From Wallemia ichthyophaga EXF-994 (Eukaryota > Fungi > Basidiomycota), in assembly GCF_000400465.1 (NCBI RefSeq), contig NW_008806286.1:233865-265864 (forward strand): DNA of 32,000 nucleotides. Reading direction: 5' to 3'. The position numbers and the translations under genes were made by a program. This document shows, in pieces, positions 10,118 to 22,667 of the stretch. The stretch's first letter is position 1. Each line of letters opens with the position of its first letter. The notes beneath the pieces were generated by a model. That model was not told the origin of the DNA, searched no databases, and worked only from the letters and a program-made list of their open reading frames with translations.

Positions 10118-12433
10118 TTACATTCTAAATGGATTTATTTGAGTGTTATTTGTTTTATTACTATCATTGTTGGTATATGGGTTGCTCAAATCAAATTGCT
10201 TTTCTAATGTTGTTCCAAATGAAGACGTTGGTTGGAACTTTTTGCTGCTTAAGTTTCCTTGCCCAGTCATTTGTCCTTGTAGTCCTGTCGTCTGTGATGG
10301 TAATCCTGTACTTTGTGCTTGAATTCCTGTTGCTTGAGATTGCAGTCCTGTGGGCTGCGGCTGTAATCCAAAGTTTCCAACATCAAAATTACCAAATGAG
10401 TTAAAAGCTTGCTGTTCTTGCTGCATCTGCATTTGCTGCTGCTGTTGCTGTTGCTCTTGTTTATTGAAAGCATTGAAAGCAAGACTGTTCAATGTGGGTC
10501 CTACATTATCATTAGAAAATGAATTCACTTGTTGAGGTCTGTCCTGTAAGCCATTAGAAAATGGGTTGCGTGATCCAGTTTTTTGCGCTGTAACTGGCTT
10601 AACAGTTTGAGGTGGAGTAGGTATCTGAGATTGAAATTGCGTTCTTAATGGGTTATTGGCATTCTGTTGTCCATCTCCATACGTGTTACCAGTCTGCATA
10701 GGCATTAAAGATGCCCTAAATGGATTAAATCCTGTTGTTTGAGTTTGTAGACCTGTCTGTTGAATACCCATACCTGTCCCTTGTGGTTGGAGTTGTTGAA
10801 TGCCTGTTTGTTGTTGCTGTAAAGGTGTAAATGGTGATTGCGGTTGTGGTTGTGGTTGTAATTGTTGCTGTTGCTGTTGCTGTTGTGGTTGCATTTGAGT
10901 TTGTAATTGTTGCTGGTATGGATTCTGCACACCAAATCCAGTAAATTGTGGTTGAATGGTTTGTGGTGGCGCAAATGGTAAGAATCCTGTATTTTGTGGT
11001 TGGATAAAGGATTGTTGTGGTTGGAAGAATGATGATTGTTGTTGAATGTTTTGTGATGGCATCTGTTGTTGAGGATAAGGTTGTTGATATTCATTCATGT
11101 TACCACCATTATCACTTTCAATAGAATCTAGGAAATCTTCTGTTTAAAATTAGTAAAGGAATTAAAGAGAGTATTTTTAACATACCTGCTGCTGGAAGTG
11201 CCTTATTAGTCTGAAGTTGAGGTTGAGGTTGAGGTTGTGATTGAGATTGAGATTGTGGTGAAGGTGCTTTAGGAGGAGCTTATGTAACGCTTCAGTTTAA
11301 ACAAGTATGATTAGGTATCACTCACGTTGATAACTAGTATGACTTGCACGATTTGAACTACCAGATTCACCATCAATGACAGATTTATTATGCTTATACT
11401 CAATTCTGTTCTGCTCAAAGTTAGGATCTTCCAAATACTCCTTTAAAGCACCATACAAAGATAGAGGTGCATGCTTGATATTTGGTACCATAACATTTAG
11501 AACATTATGAAGGCGTCTAGCAATACTGAGGTACTGAACAACACTTTCGGTTTGTCTACAGAAAGTTCTGTATATAGATAAAGCTTCAGTAGCGTCAACC
11601 TTACTCATTTCAAAGTAAGATTCAAGAACGTTAATAACGCCCTCATTAAGTGCAGTGAAAAGTTGAAGAAGATCCTTTACGTTGAGTTGGAGAGCAGCAA
11701 CAGTAACGTCATCCTCAAGGTCATCGAGGAAGAATCTACAAGCAGTAATAGAATCGATTAGCTTCTGGACATGCTTGACTTCACGTAGGAGACCCTTTTC
11801 AACAGTAAGTAACCGTAATTGAGAAGGTCTGCCAGTTGGATCAAAGGAAGATCGTGGACGTCGGCTGTTAGCGGAAGAGCCCCTTGTCTCAGATTGAACT
11901 TTAATAACGTCGTGTTTAAGATCACGATAAGCTTTTATGCGTAAATCCAAGTAAGTTGCATAAGCTTGGATGTTCTGCGGAGTAGTACGACCATCCCAGT
12001 CAATGGAAGCGACTCTACGTAACTTGAGGTGATCGTGATGAGAGAGAAGGTCTAAGATGTTATCAGTATCGCCATTTCTGAATAGAGAGTGGGCAATAAC
12101 GAGGGATTTGAAAACGATCTGGGGTGTTGGTGAGTGTGAGGGTGATGTACACAGAAACTGAGTTACTAACGATAGAATTTGGTTCACGGAGTCTATCCGA
12201 GAGGGCGCGTAGGATATCCGATAGAGTAGCTTGATCTGTGAAGGAAGCAGAAATGATTGGTTCAAGTACCTTTGAATGTAACTTAGATTAAATCACTAGT
12301 AAATAACGCTCTCCCACTTTAGATTTTGGTAAATGATTCTGATAGTAAAAAAGTGAATAACTCGCTATTAAATTATTAGTTTCCTTACCTTTGGCTTTGT
12401 TGCTGCTTTAACGAGCTTGTTGGCAGAGGACAT
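10118..12433 (-). CDS. YAP1801: ANTH-domain clathrin adaptor (AP180/CALM, Yap1801/Yap1802-like), multi-exon
   Basis: ATG at 12433 gives MSSANKLVKAATKPK. Further motifs: LSDRLREPNSI|VFKSLVIAHSLFRNG, IQAYATYLDLRIKAYRDLKHD and LFTALNEGVINVLESYFEMSKVDATEALSIYRTFCRQTE. The C-terminus is Q-rich with repeated QxTG and several NPF motifs, ending INPFRM*. Confidence 0.93.
10415..10925 (-). repeat. CAG/CAA-rich polyglutamine and QxTG low-complexity tracts within the AP180 CDS
   Basis: tgctgctgctgttgctgttg-type runs on the + strand at about 10430-10455 and 10860-10890 translate to poly-Q on the - strand. Confidence 0.85.
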
Positions 12434-12618
12434 GGCCGTGGGTGATAGAGAGTACAATAAATCAAGTAAAACACACATAACACATAATAACAGTCATTTG
12501 GATAATTTAAAACAAAGTAAACGTGCATTGCTTTGATTGGATGGGTTGCCTGTATTAAGACTCTTTCAAGTTATTTATCCTATCCACGCTACTCATCCAC
12601 TGAGTTACTTGCATACCA

Positions 12619-12748
12619 TTACTGTACGAATTGTTAGCATCTTTCCTCTTTAAATTTAACTCGTTTAACCCACCTTGGAACGTGCACGCATGGCACGACG
12701 CTTGCGGCGGAGACGGCGCATACGCTTCTTTGCCCACTTATCTCTCAT
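12619..12748 (-). CDS. RPL41: 60S ribosomal protein eL41 (25 aa)
   Basis: ATG at 12748 gives MRDKWAKKRMRRLRRKRRAMRARSK, followed by intron 12673-12622 (GTGGGT...GCTAAC...CAG, 52 nt) and TAA at 12621-12619. A probable 5'-UTR intron (about 12797-12749, GTGGGG...CTAAC...TAG) ends directly before the ATG. Too short for the ORF track. Confidence 0.96.
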
Positions 12749-13328
12749 CTATAAGCCTTGTTAGTATCCTATCATTGGAATTTATTCTTTTCCCCACTTT
12801 GCGAAAACTTCGAGCGTGTAGAGGAAAGAAGTTGAGATTCAAACAAAGTTTATTTGGGGCTAAATTTTCAGATGAAGATTTTAATTCACTGACAGTGTAT
12901 CTTCAATTCAAGCTGATTTCTACTAATTACACTACCCATTAAACTCTAATCTTTCTACTCTCTCTTTCAGTGACGTCGACGATGTCATCCTCATCAAATT
13001 CAAGTGAAATTGACTCTACAACTTCCTCTGATATTAATAGGCAAAGAGGTTGGCGCTTATTACCCATAATCACTCCCACTCACCCACTTTAAGAGTTCGA
13101 ACAGGCCATCGAGCAGCTTCAGCTAATCATTTCAGTTGTGGCATTACCTTTCTTTGGAAAATGGCTTGGTAGAAAGTTCAGCTTCTGGAGTTTGTAATCT
13201 TATCTTTGATATTCCTATCACTAACACATACCCAGTCTACTCACGCTTTAAACTATTCGGCTGGTCTTCGAATCTTCTGTTTGGTCCAAAGGTTGCATTA
13301 AGCTCAAAACTAAGTTAATTAAAGACTT

Positions 13329-14728
13329 TTAGTTTAGTCTTACAATTACAACTCCTCCACCTAATTTGGCATCTTGTATCGTCTCTTTTCCTTGATTGAG
13401 TGCCTTTGTTGGGAATGAAGTGGTCAATTCATATCCAATACCTCTCAAGCTAGGCGTGTTACTATATTTCATTTAAGATTAGTATGCTACATCTTTTTCA
13501 GCCCAACTCACCTTTCGATTTCCTGTCTGAGATTATCTATCGTATGATCTGTATTCAATCTAACTACTGTTCTGCTACCATCATTCAATCTTACTTGAAC
13601 TCGCGTCGTTGGTTTACTCTCATCAACCTTTACTTTTTCTCCTATACTTGTTGGTGCACTTGCTGATGCTCTCTCTGGTTGCCTAATTGATGCAGTAACT
13701 GGTGCACCCAATCTCTGTCCAGATGCTCCCTCGAATGGCTTAAAAACCTTTGGTGGTGCCACGTAATCCTCATCTGTCCTCTGACTAACGCCAAGGTTCA
13801 CTCTCTGTCCAAATCTTATGTTTAGCAATGAAAGTGGTGCACGCCCAGAGTTGAGCGCGTCTAATGTCTCTTGATGCTCATCGTAACGCATCAATGAACC
13901 ATCATCAATACTAAATCCATCTCTCCAGAATGTGAGACTTCTATTAACTGGTTCCTCGTCATCTACTTCCTCCCAATCATCATCGGTTTCAAATGAATTG
14001 CCTTGATTGCTATCGACAGGCTCTTCCTCTGAACCAAGTCTATTTCCTCTACCAGAAAAAGCATTAGGCTGTTCTTTGTTAGACTTTGTCAAAGTCTCGC
14101 TAGCTTCTTCATTTGAATCTGCTGCTTTCTTCATTATATCACCAACTATGTCATTCGGTCCTCTAGGGCCACCCTTTGAAGGTCCTTGAACACTCAGACC
14201 GCTAAGAACGTTTAGTGACGCTCGTTCGCCCTCCAATTAACTCACGATCTTTCACCACCAGCGTAGAGCTTCTCACGTTTACCAGGATCTTCCTCGTCAT
14301 CGCTGTCGTCGTCATTGTTGACATCTTTGAGTGTTGCGATACCAGACGATTTCTTTCCCTTCCTGAGGATAATGATGAGTAAAATTAAGCACTGAATATT
14401 GATGTACTCACTTGGAAGATTCCGGCTTCTGCTTACGTTGGCCCCATCCAGAAGGTAAAGGTTCAGCAGGTGCTCCACCGAGAGTGGTAGGACCTGAGTG
14501 CTGACGTTGTGTATCTCTAGATTCAGCCATAGGCTGTGGCTGTGCTGCAGCGCTGAAATCATCTGCGTAAAACAAATCCAACGCCGACTGTGCATCACCA
14601 TTCGTTGCTTCAAGGAGTTGCTCTGCGGTTTGTTGATCAGTTCCTGTGATTCCAATGATCTGGTCAATTGCTGTTTTTGTTGTTAGATGCGTGTTTGGCT
14701 TGAATGTGTGCTCACATGGAGAAGACAT
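13329..14728 (-). CDS. SHP1: Cdc48/p97 adaptor Shp1/p47 (UBA-like, SEP, UBX), multi-exon
   Basis: MSSP|[10 protein letters not shown]...[15 protein letters not shown] (UBA-like), KLYAGGE|[26 protein letters not shown]...[10 protein letters not shown] (SEP), [13 protein letters not shown]...LNTDHTI and a last exon [12 protein letters not shown]...[17 protein letters not shown] (UBX). Confidence 0.93.
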
Positions 14729-14800
14729 GATGGTAACTAATCAAGAGGACTTGTATATAATGATCAGATATCAATACATAGAAGACAAAACATATAAAAC

Positions 14801-15345
14801 TTATCCAAGCAATACCTGTGTGTTGGCTGATCCTTGTAAGAGCATAAACAGACACCCAATGGACCTTGATCTAAAACCAATATTAATCGTAGCATTTGAT
14901 CCAATCATACTTAAAATCTCCATTTCAAGTTCATTTAATCTGCATTAGTGTATATTTTGAATACTGGCACCATTAAGAGTTCCACAGCTGCGTGAAATTT
15001 TTCAGTCAACACTCTTTCCAAGCCATCGACCATACTTACAACTAAATTGGAGTATGATTTGTGTCCTAATATAATGACAGCTATTATCAGTTTTTAAACA
15101 CTACCAATTCTTGATTCCTCGCTGATGCTTATCATTTTGTGCAACTTCTCCAGTAAACAAACCGCGATCCAAATAAAGTCCATTGGAAAATTACTACCTT
15201 TCACTAACAGGAATAAGAATTCATGTGCAAGTGAGTCTTCGTGAGTATTAAAAGCTTTAGGTAATATGATTGAGATATAAAACGAGGCAACGTTACAAAC
15301 GCTTTTGAGATCTTCGTTGCCTGCAATTACATAATTATTCGCTCT
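14801..15345 (-). pseudogene. Divergent Pho80/Pcl-like cyclin-fold locus with in-frame stop(s)
   Basis: Translation gives HEFLFLLVKGSNFPMDFIWIAVCLLEKLHKMISISEESRIGSV*KLIIAVIILGHKSYSN ... LNELEMEILSMIG. This follows the cyclin N-domain order (L...YL.RL ... HR.....L..A.K ... LN.LE.EFL). There is a TAA at 15096-15094, and I could not build a stop-free model using only strong canonical introns. Confidence 0.4.
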
Positions 15346-16066
15346 TTACATTTCACAAGAAATTTCAGAGCTTCACTTAATTTGGAACCTTAATCAGCAG
15401 ACCATTAGCCAAAGATAAACATTGTCTCATCAAGGCTGAAACTGTTTCTTACTACTATATGGAGCTTAACTCACAAGCAAAGCTTACGCTTAATCTAATC
15501 TAACTTATAAAGTAAGTCACATGATTGATAACGACTTGGTTGACCATCGCTTAGCATTGCCAAGGTAATCGACTTGAGAGTTTAACCGCCTCATTTACGC
15601 ACTTTGATCTAAACATACCAACTCAGGTATGCTTCTTCTTAAGGAATGTCAAGACTGTTTGCTTCTACACAGATACTGCTTCACTCAATATACTGTGTCT
15701 TTTCGAACAACAATAAATTGAATACCCTTCAACTACAATCACAACTTAAATATAATTTATCCTCCTTCGCTCCTTTAACTCATAGTTTAAGATTTCTCAA
15801 AACTCAAAAATGTCTCATTCGATGCAAGCTACAAGTTTGAATTTTAGAGGTGGTTGTTTTAAGGGATATGTTTCACAAACGATATGAGCCAGGAACTTGA
15901 ATTAAGCCCTCTCTGTAGATGCAGGTACTGCAAATTATCCTATGAAATTGCTCGTGAAATTTGCAGAAACTAGTAAAATGTACATGAATCCCAGCGGAAA
16001 ATCGTTTACCAATCGTTGTCAACGTTAACTTTTGCGTCTTTTTTTTTTGTTACTATTTGGATCTAT

Positions 16067-17586
<1,520 letters not shown>

Positions 17587-17655
17587 TTAAATTTATTTCA
17601 TTAACACCAAATCATTAAATCCACCGAAATCCCATCTTACCCCCAAACAGCCAAC

Positions 17656-20603
17656 ATGCCGACGGTGAAACGGCGTCCAGTGGATCTAATCCCAAATCCA
17701 GCCAATGACGATCCACACGCTCAAGTATTTTTTATAGACAGTACTTCAGAGATATTCCTGGATTACACTTCATATCTTTCACGTATTCTTTTCTTAAGAG
17801 AGCACATATTCCAATGCTCTAATTCTGGCAAGAATAATCTCACTTATGCTGAGGCTTTGGCCTCCGAGTTATCCGAAGCTAAGAAGATGGAAGCTCGTTT
17901 CCAGCCAGCCATAAGAGGCCCAATCCTCCGCTCTGCTGCTTTTCGTGGGTTATTCAACAATCTAATCATTCACTCGCTTATCCTCCTCCAGAGGTCATGG
18001 GCCGTCTCGACAGCCTCGTCGATCATATCTTTGAACGCTTCAAGAATCGTTTCTGGCCAGGCGAGAGCTTATTCGTTGATTTACAAGGCCAAAAGTACTT
18101 TGCCAGAGTTATTAACGTCTATCCACCCAAGGAAATCGTCCATTACATCCAACAACATCGCGAGCCTGATGCTAAACGTGTCAAGACGGATCCTACTGAC
18201 GATTCTATAAGAGAAGCTAGCGGCCTCAAAACCTCTGAGCTACATAGAATGGGCGTTGACTTGGAAATCCCTCAAGCAGAAGCAGACGCTGCAGACCCTC
18301 CACTTTCCTATTACTACACTGTTCAATTAGCTGGAAAGGATGACAAATTTAGTGGCTCTTACATGGAGTTGAAAGCTGCTTCGTTATCGTAGGTAGATTT
18401 GGTCTTCATAATTTTCCCCTAACCTTCCTTCTAGACGTGATAGATTGATGTTCTCAAAGTCTATTCTTCGCAGATATCTTCGTGATACTCTCTATCGCTC
18501 AACGGCTGTAGGCGCCCCTTGGCGTGTCAAGCCTGAAATTGCCAGAACTTTCAATATACCTGAGGAAGTCACCCTTGAAGCAAAACATAAAAGTGATGTT
18601 GACCGTAAATTTAAGCTCGAAGAGATGAAGAAGCTTTTAGAAGGCAAGCCACGGGAGCCAATAATTGAACAGCCACAATTACCTGCTCCTGATCTAAAAC
18701 CACGTGCTAAACCGCGAACAAAGGCTGTCAAAAAAGAATATGGTATCCTCCCCGACGTAAAAACTGTAGTGGCTGCAGTCAGAGATAAGGAAAAGAAGAA
18801 ATCAACAAAATACCCCTGCGAAGATTTAGATATAATACTCACTACACGAGAGATCAACGCTAGATCAAAAGAGAATTCATTAGTTAGACCAACACCTACA
18901 ATCCCCATTTCTGCATCGCATAGCACATTTGATAAATTATTACAAGTATGGTCATTCTTAAATATATTCGAGATTCCACTGCATTTGTCAATCTTCACTT
19001 TGGATGATTTGACCAACGTTTTACAACTAACAACTACAGAACAGGGCGTACCTGAACTTTTGACGGAAATTCACGTATGTTTAGTTAACATGCTCATTCG
19101 CGAACGTGATCATGTTGAAGGTATGACAGAAGCTCCACTTAATGAAGAGGCTTCTGCCGATCAAGAATGGGTACTTGGGACTGTTGATAGATATGGTAAC
19201 GCTTGGACCCGCAAGCTTATCAGTGAACAATCCGAGCGTAAAGAACAATGGTTGAGGGCAACTGTGGGATGTCTGAGAGGAGTAAGTGCGCTTTGATTAC
19301 CTTGAAACACAATTTTAATATCATGTAGCATCTCACTAATGAGACACATGCTCAGTACAGGCGAATCTTTGCCCATCTTTTTCCTCCAAAGATCCTTGAC
19401 TCGAATTCTGATAAAAAACATGGTTCAACGTCTTCGTTGTCGTCAATGGAAGATGAAGCAAGGCCCGAAGAGAGATACTTTACTCTTTCATTCGATGACA
19501 AGCTCCTTCTGCTGTCGGCTTTAATCGATAGAGTAAAAATGACAAAACATATAAGGAACTTTGTCGACAAGGCTGAACCTCAATTGACAGAGCTTCGAAA
19601 GGAAAAGGTAGATCTTAACAGAGAGAAAAAGAAGTTGACGGAAAAGTTAGAAGGAAATGACAAGTCCAATTCGCAAGCACCACCTGCTGGAGCTGATGGG
19701 GCACCCGAGATTGCTCCTGATTCTGTTCCAGCGCAGCCATCTACTTCAGAACAAGCTTCCGAACCAGTAGCCGATAATCATTCTGAGGGTTTGAGCGAAC
19801 CTCCACCAGCCGACGAAGAAGCTAATGGAGAGGATGAAGATGACGAGGAGGTGGACCAGCTCGAATCTGACAGTAATGAAGACAAGGAAGAAAACGAAGT
19901 AGAAGATGATGCAATGGAAACTGAAGACAACACAAAAGCAGAACCAGAGCCAGTAGAGCTTACGCCGGAGGAAGAAGTCGTGCGCTTGTCTAACAGAGTT
20001 GAGGAAGTTGACAATGAATTTAGATCTACTCACGGAACTCTGCGCTTGAGACCACTTGGTGAAGACAGATTTTATAACACTTATTGGTTCTTTGATGGAC
20101 TTGGTAGTCGACCATTACAAGGTACGGCCTCAAAACCAGGAGATGGTTACGAGACGGGCAGACTGTTCGTTCATAGGCCACATCTGCCAGATCCTGCTGT
20201 TATGTCAGCGTCTCACGAGTTAATTTCACGCTTGATGGAGGACACAGAAAGTGATTTACGTAAAGACGAGAATCTCTATGCGCAAGTGGAGAAGGACATA
20301 ACGAATTTGCTGACCGATAGGAGGAAAGAGGAGGAAGGTGAGCCGGGTATGCTTCAACCAGGTGAATGGGGTGCATTTGACTCAATGGGTGAGATCAGGA
20401 GTCTCATGAACTGGTTTCAGCAGAAGGGTAATCGTGAGCTTGCACTAAGAAATTCGATACAAAGATGGTGGCCTTGGTTAGAGCGTAGCATCAATAGCCG
20501 TAGAGAGCATCTAGATGGAAATGCGCAAGATGTCAAGATGGAGATCGATGGCATGTCATCTTCTATGTCTTATCGCAGCTGGAAAAATAAGCGAAGAAAT
20601 TAG
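17656..20603 (+). CDS. ITC1: ISW2 complex subunit Itc1 (WAC, DDT, WHIM/WSD domains), 4 exons
   Basis: WAC domain (VFFI..T.EIF.DY..Y..R......FQCS.SGK.NLTY.EAL.SE), DDT (LLQVWSFLNIF...L.LS.FTLDDL), WHIM1 (YFTLSFDDKLLLLSALID) and WSD (RPLGEDRFYNTYWFFDG; KGNRELAL). The four ORFs of the track join through short introns. Confidence 0.92.
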
Positions 20604-21119
20604 TAATTCATTTTGTATACTAATTATTAGCTTAAAGGCTGTTTATGTATTTAATCGCTTGTCACGTATCTCACTTAGCCTGATTGTGTGCCGGCCAGAG
20701 GTACTAAAAGCAAAATTTTTCATAAAAAAATATAGGCAAAAGACGTAATTCAGTTCACGTTGTTTACATATTAGCATACCTAACAGATACCTGAGGTTTT
20801 TCAACTCATTTTAAATTAAAGTCCGGAAAAGGAAAGTCAAAACAGATGTGGAGCTTTTAGTGCGAAAGGGGTTTACTTCAGACTAGCAACACGCGCGACA
20901 GGCAAGTACAAGTATTTCGAAAAAGTAGACAGCCGGACTGTTTGTAAGTGCATTAATGTTGCGCGTGTACAATGAATTGATCGTGTATTGATTTAGATCA
21001 CTTACTCTCACTCACTTGAATCTCAAACACATCCGTATTTTTTAAAAGTCGTTGACCGACTCGAAACTATATATTACAGCATATCTAAATAACGCAGGAC
21101 GTTTACTTAATATCAAAGA

Positions 21120-22565
21120 ATGTACACTCAATACGAACAAGAATCGAGATTCCAGGAGCACTTCAAGACTCCACCCTCATACGACCCTAAAGCTGCGCTT
21201 GCAAAGGTCGATGAGATTATTGAATCCAATCAAAAAGCTTATGAGAGTCGTAAGGGCAAGGGGTTAGGATTGGGTTTCGAGATTGGTGATTATGACATGC
21301 AACGAAGTGTCTCACAAATGCAAGAGAAGGAGGATAACCTTAATGACGTTAGTGTTGTCAACAGTACCGCTCAAGACAGAAGCATGTCAGCAGATTCAGT
21401 CCCCACTCTCATTTCGGACTCTGACGCGTCTTTTTCGACTGACGAGAGCATGGCTATCACACCCGACAAACATGTCAACAAAACGATACGCCCTGTCGAG
21501 AAGCAAAGGCCTGTTACTATCAGTCTTCATCCTAACAACGAGTCCAAGTCGTCTTCTGAGAGTGAAGATGACGATGAAAAAGAGGAACTACAGAATGAAG
21601 ATGACGAAGTGCTTGACGGTCATGATCTTGCAAACTTTTACAGATCCCATTCACGTCAAACAACACCAACCAGCCCTACACCAACGAACAATCAACCATT
21701 CAAGTTCGAACAAGAGAGTGCAAAAGAGGACAATGTGGAAGAGCAAGAAACTTCCATTTATACTTCGTTCGTAGCTGCAAGAAGATCAAAGTGGTTGGAT
21801 AAGAGGGCAACAATAACGAGGTCGCTATCGATTCAAACACCATCCAAGCCAACAGCAATTGAGCAATCAAAACCAATCAAAGTAACGATTGAAGAAGAAG
21901 ATGAGGAAGAAGCTGATGATGATCTGAATTGGTTGGGACCGCTTATCGAGAAAGCAACTCCAGTGAAGAAAAACAGACCACCACCAATTTGGGCGCAATT
22001 TGCCAAGGTCAAGGGGTTAACAACAGATGACAATTCAGGAGCAAGTAAGGATGTACACTCGGTGTTAGATAGACCAAGACCTCGCACGTCGTCATATGCA
22101 TTTGGCAGTGGAACCGTGAAGACTGATTCGTCGCGTAAATGTTCCGAGAAGACGTCGGTTGTGGCGATGAAGAAAACACCACGTAAGCCAGATGCAAGAG
22201 AATTGTTCAAGACCAAGTCTAAAGACGAGCAACTTCCATTCCCTTCAAGCTACGCGAGTCTTCCAATGGGGCCAATGCCATCAGTTGATAGAAAGACGTC
22301 GTCCTCAACCGATACATTTGAAAGAATGCCAAAGGATGCCAGAAGATCAATAACACCAACAGAAATAGTAAAAACGCGTGTTAGTAAAGATCCAACGGTT
22401 CGCCTTGTCGGTCACAAGCATGGAGTAGATTTATCAAGGCACTCATCGACAGCAACGATGCCTTTAATGCCAGAATCCCAAGCATTGCGTGATTTAGAGA
22501 ATATGCTTGTCGCATATACAGAAGACGAAGTACTGATGCGTTTGTCGAATATGTTCCAAGCCTAG
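21120..22565 (+). CDS. Hypothetical 481-aa low-complexity (S/T/E/K/P-rich) protein
   Basis: Long uninterrupted ORF with acidic tracts and short helical N- and C-termini (ALAKVDEIIESNQKAYE; QALRDLENMLVAYTEDEVLMRLSNMF). No family recognised. Confidence 0.75.
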   Translation: MYTQYEQESRFQEHFKTPPSYDPKAALAKVDEIIESNQKAYESRKGKGLGLGFEIGDYDMQRSVSQMQEKEDNLNDVSVVNSTAQDRSMSADSVPTLISDSDASFSTDESMAITPDKHVNKTIRPVEKQRPVTISLHPNNESKSSSESEDDDEKEELQNEDDEVLDGHDLANFYRSHSRQTTPTSPTPTNNQPFKFEQESAKEDNVEEQETSIYTSFVAARRSKWLDKRATITRSLSIQTPSKPTAIEQSKPIKVTIEEEDEEEADDDLNWLGPLIEKATPVKKNRPPPIWAQFAKVKGLTTDDNSGASKDVHSVLDRPRPRTSSYAFGSGTVKTDSSRKCSEKTSVVAMKKTPRKPDARELFKTKSKDEQLPFPSSYASLPMGPMPSVDRKTSSSTDTFERMPKDARRSITPTEIVKTRVSKDPTVRLVGHKHGVDLSRHSSTATMPLMPESQALRDLENMLVAYTEDEVLMRLSNMFQA

Positions 22566-22667
22566 GGACAAATAAGAAATACTTGTACTTTAATTGATGA
22601 ATTAATTGTTGTTGTCTGAATATTTTGATATTTTTGCTGTTTTTGCTGTTTCCATAATACTTTCATC

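Noticed and set aside
10350-10535. Cys-rich ORF (CCSCCICICCCCCC) resembling a metallothionein
   Set aside because: It is the antisense reading of the CAG/CAA poly-Q tract of AP180.
12631-12942. 103-aa plus ORF
   Set aside because: Antisense to RPL41 and its introns.
12965-13000. TGATGA...CTGA pair suggesting a C/D snoRNA
   Set aside because: The boxes are only about 25 nt apart, too short, and the sequence is explained by acidic codons.
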